From assembly GCF_018350175.1 (NCBI RefSeq), contig NC_058368.1, forward strand, positions 144,958,001 to 145,022,000: DNA of 64,000 bases. The letters run 5' to 3'. The stretch is from Felis catus (lineage: Eukaryota). The notes under the pieces were generated by a model that searched no databases, was not told the DNA's origin, and was given only the letters and a program-made list of their open reading frames with translations. This document shows positions 24,457-37,186 of this stretch, piece by piece. The position numbers were made by a program, and so were the translations under genes. Positions within the stretch are counted from its first letter, which is position 1. Each line of letters starts with the position of its first letter.

Positions 24457-25282
24457 CTGCGTTGTAGCAATGCAGAAGGAAAGAAATCAATAAAACACTA
24501 TGGAGCAGAATTGCATCTACATAGCCACTGTACACTGTAAATATCTCTCGTTCATCATAATCTACCCAAATTAAAGATTCATTTTTAAGGTCTTGAGGAC
24601 TCACTAAAGCAATGTCACAACTCTTTTTTAAAATCATGTAAAATATGAAAGTGGTCTTTATCATGATTAAAATGCTTACACCTTTTTATACTTATAGAAC
24701 AATAATGACTAAACAGTGCAAAAAGAAGTACCAAGTAGCAAGAAGGTATTTTTCCATTTTTGTTATTTTATCTAAGTTGCCTACAGCAAGTAAGATACAC
24801 ATTCTTTCAAAACCCATTAACAGGAAGACTGTAAGAAACATTCACTTCCCTATGTTACCTTTCATGCAAACACATATGCTAACTATATAAGAATATGGTA
24901 TTTTATATGAGATAATTGATTAAATTGGTTTCTGTTACCAAATTATTGACACTAAAAACATTCAAGCATAAAAAGCAAAACAAACCACAAAAATTACCTA
25001 ACCATATGGTATATGTATCAGAACAAGCTAAGGTTATCATGAATAAAACAAAACAAAATGTACTTTTTTTGGAATCCTAAATAGGTATTATTGCTTATAT
25101 ACAAACTTAAAAAGAAACTACAAAAAAAAGTTACTAAAACTAAAATTTAGTTGCATAGCAAGCTAGAAAATCACTATTCTGTATATGGCTAATAACAATT
25201 AGATATTAGTACTATTTACAATACCACTAAAATTATAAAAATATTTTGCCCTAAATTTAACAAGAATATGTGCACTGGAAAC

Positions 25283-25852
25283 TGATGTGGTGAAAAAAGG
25301 GAAAAGAAAAAAAATTTCTTACAACTTACAGCCCATTGATAAGTCCTTGAGACAGGCAGAGTGACCTTCCTCTGAGAACTCAGCTGCCTTGATGTTGACA
25401 CTTTGCTAAGGGCAAAAGGCAATCTTAGCTTAACATTATCCCAACCTCCAGGATCCTGTACGTCTCCTTTAACATATAAAAATTCCTTTGGAAACTTCCT
25501 TTATCTCTCTCCCCCAAGATATATGTTAGCAATCATCCTCCAAGCATATGGCCCACTGATATACATCTGAAGGGTCTCATGACTAAGGTTTATTAGACAG
25601 TAATAAATGATCTGAGCTAGCCCCCTCAAGGTCCTGGGAACCTTGCTTCCAAAATTCTTTAGAGACTTACACCATCCCTAACCCCCTCCCAACTTCAAAG
25701 TATATAATCAGTCACCAGTCACAACCCCAGGGCACCTCTTTCTGCCCATGGGTCCTGTCCCCATGCTTTAATAAAACTACCTTTTTTGCACCAAAGATGT
25801 CTCAAGAATTCTTTCTTGATTATTCCCACCAAACTCCAACATTTCCACACCA
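25283..25852 (+). mobile_element. Solo ERV LTR (carnivore ERV1-like), 570 bp
   Basis: TGATGTGG…CCACACCA termini; TSD gaaac/aaaac; TATA (gtatataa ~25700) and AATAAA (~25770); host L1 continues across the site. Confidence 0.85.
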
Positions 25853-26614
25853 AAAACTATAAATCAGTAACAAAAGAAATTTAAAAAGACTTAAACAAAT
25901 GGAAAGATATACAGTGCTCACGAATGGGAAGACTTAATATTGTTACGATTTCAACTCTCTTCAAACTATCTATAAATTCAACACAATTCCAACCAATATC
26001 CCAACAGGACTGTTTTACAGAAATCAAAAGCTGACTGTAAAATTTATATAGAAAGGAAAAGAACTAAAATAGGCAAATCAATTTTGAAAATGGAGAGCAA
26101 AGATGGGAGTCTACCCTACCTGATTTCAAGACTTAACTATAAAGCACAGCAATGACAACATGGTAATGGAGAAAGGACAGAGGATCCACACATATATGAT
26201 GATTTTGACAAAGATGCAAATGCAATTCAGTGGAGAAAGGAGAGTCTTTTTAACAAATGGTGCTGGAATAACTAGATATCAATATAACAAAAAATAAAAA
26301 TAAGAACCTTAATCCAAACCTTGGAGGCACATATGAAATCAACTCAAAATGGATCATAGAATGAAATGTAAAACCCAGAACTATAAAAACTGCTAGGAGA
26401 AAACAGGAAAAAAACATTCCTTACATATATCGCCAAAAGAAAAACCTGGTAACTTGGACTTCATCAAAAGTAAGAAATTCAGATTTAAAACAATAATAAA
26501 AATAAAAATAAATAAAACCACTTAAAAAATTTAAGTCTACTCTTTGGAGGGCACTATTAAGAAAATGAAGAGACAAACCACAGCAGGGAGAAAATATATG
26601 AAAATCACATTTCT

Positions 26615-26839
26615 TTTTTTTTTTTTTTTTTTTTTAACATTTTAATTTATTTTTGGGACAGAGAGAGACAGAGCATGAACGGGGGAGGGGCAGAGAGAGA
26701 GGGAGACACAGAATCGGAAACAGGCTCCAGGCTCCGAGCCATCAGCCCAGAGCCTGACGCGGGGCTCGAACTCACGGACCACGAGATCGTGACCTGGCTG
26801 AAGTCGGACGCTTAACCGACTGCGCCACCCAGGCGGCCC
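26615..26839 (-). mobile_element. Young Can-SINE
   Basis: Perfect 16-bp TSD tgaaaatcacatttct; long pure T tail. Confidence 0.97.
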
Positions 26840-27328
26840 TGAAAATCACATTTCTGATAAAATTCTTATATTCTGATTACATAAAGAACTCTCAAAACGT
26901 AAGAAAATGAATAATCCAAATTTAAAAATGAGTAAAAGATCTCAACAGACTCCGTGCCATACATATAGGGATGACAAATAAGCATATGAAAATATACTCA
27001 CCATTATTAGTCAATAGGGAAATGCAAACAAAACTGCAATGAAAAAATCACTACATATCTATTAGAATGGCTAAAAGAAACAAAGAAAAAAACCTGATAA
27101 TAACAAATACTGATGAGGATTCAGAGCAACTAGAACTCTCATACATTTGGGAAGGAAGGTAAAATGATACAAACACTTGGGCAAATAGTTTGCTAGTCTC
27201 TTGTAAAGTCAAACACAGCACCATTTGAAACAAAAATCCTACTCCTAAGTATTTATTCAAATGAAACAAACACACAAAAATGAAACCCCACCACAACAAT
27301 CCTATGTTTACATGAAAACTTGTTTGAG

Positions 27329-27535
27329 GAGGTGCCTGGGTGGCTTAGTCAGTTAAGTGTCCAACTCTTGGTTTCAGTTCAGGTCATGATCTCATGATTT
27401 GTGGGTTCAAGCCTCATGTCTGGCTGCCATTGTGGAACTGCATGGGACTCTCTGTGTCCCTCTCTTGCCACTCCCCTCCTCGCTAGCCCACTCTCTCTCT
27501 CTCTCAAAAAAATAACTTAAAAAAAAAAAAGAAAA
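27329..27535 (+). mobile_element. Can-SINE
   Basis: Head, (CT)n, A tail; degenerate TSD gaaaact…ttgagga. Confidence 0.93.
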
Positions 27536-28439
27536 GAAAACTCTTGAGGATGTTTATATTCATAAACGCTCCAAACTGGAACAACTCAAATGCCTCTCAA
27601 ACTAAGGAATGGATAAACCAATTGTGACATATTCATACAATGTAATACTGCTCGGCAGTAAAAAAGAACAGATTACTAACTGATGCAACACCACGGATTA
27701 ATCTCAAATACGTTATGATAAGTGAGTGAAGCTAGACTCAAAAGGCTACATAATGTATGGTCCAATTTATATAATATTCTAGAAAAGCAAAATTATAGGA
27801 ACAGAAAATGAATCAGTGGTTATCAGTGGCTGGAGATGGGGAAGTAGTTAAGTGCAAAGGGCTGGGGGAGTGATCACTACAATCACTCATTGTAGGAGTG
27901 ATTGCGTTACTTCATGTGTTTATCAAAACTCAGAGTAGTACACCAAAAAGGGTGAATTTTACTATATCATGCATTAATATAAAAAGTAGGAAAAAAACCC
28001 TCTATAATGGGGCAATGAAAAATATTCAATACTAACTTTACACATTGAATGGAGGTTATGAATTATGATTAATAATTATAAGTTAAAAGCATGATCTCAA
28101 ATATCAACTAGCATTATGTATGTAGGTTTAAATACCTCATCTCACATTTCAACTAGTCTTGGATACTAAGATTTTAGTACCATAAGGCATATTATTATTA
28201 TATTACCATAAGGCCATAAGGCAATATTCTATCATTCAGTAGGTAAAATAACATTTAAAATAAAATTAAAAAACTGAGAAACTACTGTATATACAGGTTT
28301 TATAAAAGAGTGAATAGAACATGTATGCTCCCTATTCTCAAAACCATCTCATCTCATATATTTAAATACATATCTACTTAAAGTAACAACATAAAGCAAG
28401 ATATGTCACCAATGTACAGTCAAAAGTAATAAGACACTA

Positions 28440-28550
28440 GAGTGTGTCTGGGGAAAAAATCATGGACTCTGGGGACAGACAGATACACAGGCCTAACTTC
28501 AAATCTTATTTATGCTACTCACTTAAATTAGGTAATGTCACTAAATTACC
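28440..28550 (+). mobile_element. MIR 5' fragment
   Basis: catggactctggggacagacag…ttcaaatc. Confidence 0.5.
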
Positions 28551-28779
28551 TTAGCTGATTATACAGAAGTAACAAAAAAGCACCTAGATCATCACCTGGC
28601 TTCTAAATGTTCCAAGAATATTCCCTCCTTTCTTCCTTCTTCTCCTTCCTAAAAACCAAAGTTTTTCTAAAAGTACCAGATCTAAGAATATAAGGTAACT
28701 GCTTCTCAAAAGAATAGTCTTCTCATTTAGAAAATCTGCATGAATCAGTTTCATCAGCTTCCCCATCTCATTTATATTG

Positions 28780-29245
28780 CCACAACCCTCAGTTGGTGAT
28801 GCACCATTGATCCATTATTATCAAGGAGTAGTTACTGTCTCAGGGGTAGCCAATCGCTAATCAGTGATCTGTGAAGTAGGCAGGCTTGAAGAGCTCTGCG
28901 TAGAAAAAGTGATGGTAATTTGTTTAGCCAGTTAGACTGAATATTCTCAGATATAAACAAGAGAAAACTGGCTAATCAGTGGCAAAAGGAAAAGACAAGA
29001 GTAATGTGAATGATGGTAGGCATGCAGGAGAAAGGGGTGAGTGTGTGTGAGAGAACATATTTGTCATGAGAGTGTCTGCATGAAATGGCTGGGTGATGAG
29101 AGAGAGAAAGAGGCTAGCTAGAACCTAGAGCTGCCTTGGCACCTGACAGTTTTCTAGTTTCAGTTCTTTTGTCAGTTTATGAGTTCTTTAATGCAATTGC
29201 TTTTTCTTAAAATGGTGTATTAAACATGTTTCATTGCTTGTTCTA
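28780..29245 (+). mobile_element. Possible ancient ERVL LTR remnant (LTR16/LTR33-like)
   Basis: Overall pattern and 3' end (…tttcattgcttgttctaacc); heavily diverged. Confidence 0.35.
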
Positions 29246-29768
29246 ACCTTAACCACTTTCAGAAAAACTCTCTCCTGGGATCATCCCTAAAGACTATATG
29301 CAGCTGATTGTCTCAGTTTTCTGTATACATATGCCTCTCAATATTCCTTTCCATATGTGATGTTTAATGATACTTTACAGTATTAACAATTTATTAAATT
29401 CTTCAGTTTCTTCTAGGAATATATTTCCACATAAAAAAGTTGGAATTTTTTTTTTTTCTGCAAACAGTCCATTTATGGAGCACAATATCTGAAACTGGCC
29501 TCTTATTCAGAAGTTAGCATCTGTTGATTATCATCCTCTAATAACTATTTCAAAAGTTTAACAAAGACTGGGGAGTGGGGAGATAACTACTTTTAGTTAA
29601 ACTCTTAAAAATCACTTATACAGGAGACACGTTTATATCCCAGAAGAAATCCTTCATGTCTCCATGATGTTACACAGAAAAATAAAATACAAAATCAGAC
29701 TGATGATTTTCTCTAAACATCTGATTGGTCTCCAATACTGAGAGCCCCCGCTGCTGATACCGTCATAC

Positions 29769-29807
29769 CAAATCTACTTTGTTCCACAGAATTAAAGAAC
29801 TAATATC
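29769..29807 (-). other. Candidate 39-nt frame-preserving cassette exon (DISSLILWNKVDL in the only open frame)
   Basis: aatttttttttag|GATATTAGTTCTTTAATTCTGTGGAACAAAGTAGATTTG|gtatga in repeat-free sequence. Confidence 0.45.
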
Positions 29808-32007
29808 CTAAAAAAAAATTCCACAATTGAAGTCAACCTCTACATATATAAGCAACAACTAGTATAGTAATAATTTAGAACGCATATCAAACTGCTCTTT
29901 TGCTGGCAAGTTTTAAAAAATCCTCTCGCAGGTAGAACAACAGCTGTTACTGAATAGTTCTAGCCACTGGAGAATTTCTTTTAGCACACTTTGACATCAT
30001 GGCCTAAATTCAAAGTGACACCAAATTAAGGCTTGTTATGGTAATAATCATGACAGTGTAAAGTGGTTTAGAAAAACCCAAAGTCTGAGTCTTCAGATAT
30101 GATTTCAATTATGTCACTGTCGATTCTGGCTAGTTTCAAATCTTACTTTAAGATAAAACTATAATGACTTAAAAATGTTTAAAATTTTGATTTTTTAAAA
30201 AAGAAAGACATTCCATAAACATAATAAATTAACAATAAGTCCTTCCACTAAAATGATACGCTACTCGTCTCACAACAGAGGAATGGATGGGGTACCTAAC
30301 TTTATGGTTTTCTTACATTCACAATTAAAAAATAATATAAGAGTCACATTAGCAAGATGGAGGAATAGGAAGTTCCAGTCCTCTTCCCCACACAGAAACA
30401 CTGATTTAGTAACAACCATATACAGACTGGAATACCCTTATGAGAATCCCAGAATCCAGTTAAGACGATGCAACATCCTAGCAGAGTAAAAAAAAAACAA
30501 GAACAAGTGCACTGAAAATGGGTAAAAAGAGCAGTTTCACTTTACCTGTGTCTTACCCCAGCCCATGTCAGCATAGGACAATGCCAAAAAAGATCCCTTC
30601 AACATGCAATTTCTTCCACTGGGAAAGAGAAAGTCAGGGGTGAATCCAACATCCCCAGCCATTCAGGCAATGCCCCAGAGTACCTATCTAGTTCCTATCT
30701 AGCCTCATTCAGAGTACTACTGAAAGACCCAGCATAGTTACAGTGCCTCAGGGCAGCTAAGAACAACAAAGAGGGGTAGTTGGCTCGCAATAGACTCTGA
30801 GGCCCCCAGGGGATGGCATGGATCACAGCAGGTAGCACAGACCTCAGCAACTGGTGTGGACCACAGCAGCCAGCAGAGATCTCAGCAGCCAGAGGTGGTC
30901 TCAGCAGGTGGTAGAAATCCAGAGTAGATCTGACCTGTGAAATTCAGAGGAGGTAGACAATCCTAAGGCTTCTTCAGGGAAAGGGAGAAGAGAAAGATGT
31001 GGAACTTGCACTTAACACCCCAGGATCTCCATGTACTGCTCTAGGAGGAAGGGGCAGGAGGCTCTCTGTACCAATAATGACTCTGTGGGATTGAAAGAAA
31101 GTGTACAATACTGAGAATTCCCTCCAGGAGGGAGGAAGAAGAGTGGAATATACACATTCATAATAAAGGTTGGAGAAACTCCCAGAACTTCCCAGCCAAA
31201 GTCATTCCATAAAGACTGAAAAAGGTGGCTGTTTCTTCAAATGTGCAGATGCCAGTGTAAAGCTTACAAAGAACACAAAGAATAAGGGAAATATAATACT
31301 ACCAAAGGAACAAAATATATCTCCAATAACAAACTCTATAAAGAAATGGAGATCTAGGAATTGCCTGACCAAAAGATGATCATCTTAAAGAAGCTTAGTG
31401 AGCTACAAGAAAACACAGACAATAAAATCAGGAAAAAAAAATGATTCATGGAAAAAAATGAGAATATGTGCAAAAACAGAAACCAAAGAAAAGAACCAAA
31501 CAAATTTTGGAAATGAAGTACAGAATAACTGAACTGAAAAATTCACAAAGAAACCTCTTGCAGACACACAAAAGATACAGAAAAGAATCAAAGCATACTA
31601 TACCAAAAATATCAACAAATCACAAAGGAAGAGCAAGAGAGGAACAAAGGAACAAAGGAACAAAAGAATGGCAAAATAGCCAGAAAACAATTAACTAAAT
31701 GGCAATAGTAAATTTTTACTAATAATTACTTTAAGTGTAAATGGATTAAATTTTCCAAACAAAAACACAGAGTGTGGAATAACAGATTAAACAAGCAGGA
31801 TCAAACCATTTGCCACCTACAATGGATTTCCTTTGGCTTTAAAAACACAGACAGACAAACAAACAAAACAAACCACACATACAGACTGAAAACAAAGAGA
31901 TGGTGAAAGATATTTTGCTAAGTGTAGCCAAAATAGAGCAGAGTTGGCAATACCTATATCAGACAAAATAAGCTTTCAGTCAAAATAAGTCACATAAATA
32001 AAGATGG

Positions 32008-32645
32008 AGCTAAAGTAAACAAATGGGAATACATCAAACTAAAAACTTCTGCACAGAGAAGGAAGCCATCTACAAAACGAAAAGGCAACCTACTGAATGA
32101 AAGATATTTGCTAATCATGGATCCAAAATATCCAAAGAACTTATACAACTTAATATTAAAAAAACCAAACAAGCCAATTAAAAATGGGAAGAGGACTTGA
32201 ATAGACATTTTTTACAAAGAAGACATACAGTTGGCCAATGGGCACAGGAAAAGGTGTTCAGCATCACTTATCATTAGAGAAATGCAAATCAAAACCACAG
32301 CAAGCTACCATCTCACACCGATCAGATTGGCTAGAATAAAAAAGACAAGAAATAACAAGTGTTGGCAAGAATGTACAAAAGAGAACTCTCATACACTGTT
32401 GGTAGGAATGTAAATTGGTACAGCTACTATGTAAACAATATGAAGGGTCCTTAAAAAATTAAAAAAAAAAAACCAAACTGCTATACAATCCAAAAATTCC
32501 ACTTTTGGTTATTTATCTGAAGAAAATGAAAACACTAATCCAAAAAGATATATATACCCCTATGTCCACTGCAGCATTATTTACAATAGCCAAGATATGG
32601 AAGCAATCTGTATCCATTGATAGATAAATAAATAGAGAAGATGTG

Positions 32646-32681
<36 letters not shown>

Positions 32682-33155
32682 AAATATTACTCAGCCATAA
32701 GAAAAAAAGAAATGAAATCTTACCATTTGTGACAGTAGGGGTGGACCTAGAGGGTATTATGTTAAGTGAAATAAGTTAGAAAAAAAAAAGGCAAATACTA
32801 TATGATTTCACTTATATATGATATCTAAAAACAAAATAAACAAGCAAACTAAACAAAACAGAAACAGAATCATGGGTACAGGCAACTAACCTGAGAGGGG
32901 AGGTATTGGGGAGGATAAATAAAATAAATGAAAAAGATTAAGACATACAAACTTCAGGTACAAAATAAATAAGCAAGGAGGAAGTAACGTACAGCATAGG
33001 GAATATAGTCAATAATATTGTAATAACTGGTGACAGATGGTAGCTAGACTTATTGTGGGGATCATTTGTGATATATAAAAATATCGAATCACTATGATGT
33101 ACAACTAAAACTAACAGGATAGTCTGTGTCAATTATACTTCAATTAAAAAAAAAA
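32008..33155 (+). mobile_element. Nested 5'-truncated L1 (carnivore/L1MA-type 3' end) inside the host endonuclease domain
   Basis: ORF2 C-terminus ([12 protein letters not shown]…YHLTPIR) and 3'UTR ending gtcaattatacttcaattaaaaa; degenerate TSD aataaagatgg/aacaaagaagg; contains (CA)n at 32648-32679. Confidence 0.85.
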
Positions 33156-33689
33156 GAACAAAGAAGGTCACTGTATAATGTAGATGGGTCGATTCATCAA
33201 TAAAATACAACAATTGCAAATATACATGCACTGAATACTGGAGCAAAAATATATAAAGCAAATATTAATAAAAGTGAAAAGAGAAATAGACAGCAAGACA
33301 ATAATAGAAAGGAACTTGAATACTCCACTTTCATCAATGGATAGATCATGCAGACAGAGAATCAATATGGAAACAGCAGACATGAATAACACTATAAATC
33401 AAATAGGCCTAATAAACATATACAGAACAATCTATCCAACAGCATCAGAATACACATTCTTCTCAAATGCACATGGAATATTCTCCAGGAGAGATCATAT
33501 GCTGGCTAGAAAACAAGTATTAACAAAATTTAAAAGAATGAAATCATATCAAGTATTATTTCCATCCACAATGGTACGAAACTAGAATCAAAACAGGAGG
33601 AAAACTGGAAAATTTACAGATATAAAAAATTCAACAATTCACTCTTCAGCGACCAAAGAATCCAAAGGGAAATCAAGAAATATCTTGAG

Positions 33690-33797
33690 GGGCACCTGGC
33701 TGGCTCAGTCAGTGGAGTATGCAAATCTTGCTCTTGGGGTTGTCTGTTTGAGCCCCATATTGGGTGTAGAGATTACTTTAAAATAAAATATTTAAAA
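33690..33797 (+). mobile_element. Short-type Can-SINE heading a composite insertion
   Basis: ggggcacctggctggctcagtc…gtagagattactttaaaataaaatatttaaaa. Confidence 0.92.
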
Positions 33798-34133
33798 CTT
33801 CAATGGCTGATAAAAAAAATGCCTTTGAACAAAATACAAATCAGAAGCAATCATAATTGCCTTTCCTGATTTTCTCTCATTACAACCTTACCCAAATTTT
33901 CCTAGCATTTGAAATTTTTGCTATTTGCAATACTTTAATTCTGGAGATTGACATGCTCCCACTACAAAAATGGTATACTACCATATGCCACCTTATTTGT
34001 TACAGAAGCCTTTGAGTCATACGCCAGAAACTCTGTCAAATATTAGAATATTATTATTCTAGTCAATGCTTAATTTTCTTTTACATGAAGGAATAAAGAG
34101 ATTACAAATGTTAAAAAAACAACTAAAATAAAT
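33798..34133 (+). other. Retroposed non-repeat segment with AATAAA and A-rich tail (3' transduction or chimera)
   Basis: AATAAA 34092-34097, A-tail from 34113; SINE and segment share TSD aaatatcttgag (33678-33689, 34134-34145). Confidence 0.75.
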
Positions 34134-37100
34134 AAATATCTTGAGACAAAAATGAAAATAAAACATATCAAAACTTATGGGATGTGGGACAAGCAGTCCT
34201 AACAGAGAATTCTATAGCAATAAGTACTTACATTAAGAAAAAAAAAAACAACTCAAACAACTTAACCCTTACAGTAATTAAAAAAGAAGAACAAACCAAA
34301 CCAAAAATCAGCAAAAGTAGGAAATAATAACGATTAGAGGAGAAATAAATGAAATAGTGATTAGAAAGACAATTTAAAAAATCAGCAAAATTAAGACTTG
34401 GTTTTTTGAAAAGATAAACAAAATAGACAAACTTATACCTAGACTAAGAGAAAAAGAGAGAAGATTCATATAAATAAAATTAGAAATGAATGATGAGACA
34501 TTATAACCAATGTCATAGAAATAAAATGATCGTAAGAGGCTACTATGAACAATTATATGCCAATATATTGGATAATCTAGAAGAAATTCCTGGAAACATA
34601 CAATCTATCAAAACTGAATCATGAAGAAATAGAAAATCTGAATAGACTAACAGGTCTGTAAGGAGTTTGAATCTAAGTAATTAAAACTCTCTCAACAAAG
34701 AAAAACCCAGGACCAGATGGCTTCACTGGTGAATTCTACCAAACATTTAAAGAATTGATGCTAATATCTCATATTTTTCTAAAATATTTAAGAGGAGAGA
34801 ACACTTCCAAACTCATTTTACAAAGCCAGCATTAACCTGATACCAATGCCACACAAAGACACCACAAAAAAGAAAACCACAGGCCAATATTCCTGATAAA
34901 CATAGGTGCAAAAATCCTCAACAAAATAGTAGCAAACCAAATTTAACAGCACACTAAAAAAATCATATACCATGATCAAGTGGATTATTCCATGGGGTAT
35001 AAGGATTGTTTCACATATGCAAATCAGTAAGTGTGATATACTATATTAACGTCATGAAGGAAAGAAAATCACATGATCATCTCCAAAGATACATAAAAGC
35101 AATTAACAAAATTCAGTACTCTTTCATGATAAAAGCAAGCTTAACAAACTAGGTAAAGAAGGAATGGACCTCAACATGATAAATGCCACATATGACAAGC
35201 CCACAGCTAACATCATACCCAAAGGTGAAAAAATTGAAGTTTTTTTCTTCAAGGTCAGGAACAAGACAAAGATACCCCCTCTCACCACTTTTATTCACCA
35301 TAGTACTGGAAGCCCCAGCTAGAGCAATCAGGCAATAAATAAAAGTCAAACACATTGGGAATGATCAAGTAAAATTATCTGTTTGTAAATGGCATGATCA
35401 TAGCAAACCTTAAAGACTCCACAAAAAAACCTGCTAGAACTAATAAAACAAGTCAGTAAAGTTGCAGGATACAAAACCAACATACAAAATTAAATTGTAT
35501 TTCTGTATACTAACAATGACTTATTCAGAAAGGAAATTAAGAATTTAATTTATGATGGCTTCATAAAGAGTAAAAGATATAGAAATAAACTTAACAAGTA
35601 TGTGAAAGACTTGTACATTTAAACTACAAATATTGGTGAAAGAAATTAAAGACCCAAATAAATTGGAAGATATCCCAAAGAGTTAATGTTACTAAAATGT
35701 CCACAAAAGCCCAGTGTTCTAAAGATTCGATGCTATTCTCATCAATTTTCAATGGGATTTCTTACACAAATAGAAAAGATAATCTTAAAATGCATATGGA
35801 ACCACAAGAGACCCCAAATAGACAAAGCAATCTTGAGCAAAAAATAGCAAACCTGGAGGCATCACATATCATGATATCAAAATATATTACAAAACTAGAG
35901 TAATTAAAACAGTATAGTACTAACACAAAGACAGATATACAGAGCAATATAACACAACAGAGAACCCAGAAATAAACTCAGCTATATACAGTCAACTGAT
36001 TTTCAACAAGGGTGCCAAGAATACACCACAGGGAAATACCTGTCTCCTCAACAAACGATACTGGGAAAACTGGGTATTTATATGCTCAAGAATGAAGTTG
36101 GTCCCTATTGACCGCCATACACAAAAATCAACTCAAAATGGATTAAAAACATATACAAAAGAAGTCAAACTATAAGACTCCCAGAAGAAAACATAAAGGA
36201 AAAGCTTCATGACATTGTTCTTGACAATGATTTCATAGATATGACATCAAAATTTCAGGCAATAAAAGCAAAAATAGACAAATGGGACCACATCAAACTA
36301 AAAAGCTTCTTCTCAGCAAAAGAAATAATCAAGAGGGGCAAGGCAACCTATGGAACAGGATAAAGTATTTGCAAGCCATAAATCATAAGGGGTTACATTC
36401 CAAAATAGGTAACTTCTACAACTCAATAGCCCAAAACCCTGAATAAAACAACGTGTAAAAGACTTGAATAAACATTTCTCCAAAGACATAGTCATTGGTC
36501 AATGGACCTATGAAAAGGTGTTCGTAATCAGGGAAATAAAAATCAAAACTAATAAAATATCATCTCACACCTGTCAGGATGGCTATCATCAAAAAACAAA
36601 ATGAAACAAACAAAACAAAACAAAACAAAACATTGCTGACAATGTTGTGGAGAAACGGAAACCATTTTACACTGTTAGTGGGAATGTAAAAGGGTGCAGC
36701 TCCTATGGAAAACAATACAATGGTTTCTAAATATATTAAAACTCATACGACACAGCAATACCAAATCTGGGTACACATCCAAAAGAATTGAAATCAGGAT
36801 ATGAAAAAAATAGGTACTCCCGGGTTCACTGCAGCATTATTCAAAACAGCCAAGATATGGAAATAACCCACATGTCCACTGACAGATGTAAAGATAAAGA
36901 CAAATGTGGTATACATGTACACTGAAATATCAATCAGCCTTAAAAAAAAAAAAAAAAAGGAAAACCTACTATTTGTGATAAAATTGATAGAGCCAGAGGA
37001 AATTATACGAAATGAAATAAGTCAGTCACAGAATGACATATACTGCACAACTCCACTGTAAGTGGATACTTAGTGTAATGAAGTATCTAAACTAGCCAAA

Positions 37101-37186
37101 CTTATAGAAGTACAAAACAGAATGATGGTTGTCAGGTGATGGAGGAAGGAGGAAATGGGGAAATGTTCTATAAAGTTACCATCATG

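Larger units (their letters stand above)
25100..27985 (+). mobile_element. Old L1 (L1MC/MD-like) 3' ORF2 and 3'UTR hosting an LTR and two SINEs
   Basis: aacaaatggaaagatatac, gattttgacaaagatgcaa, aacaaatggtgctggaataact; 3'UTR ending aagggtgaattttactat. Confidence 0.9.

Noticed and set aside
24401..24664. 87-aa minus-strand ORF as a coding exon
   Set aside because: Its hydrophobic part is the polypyrimidine tract of the microexon candidate; no convincing acceptor for a longer exon.
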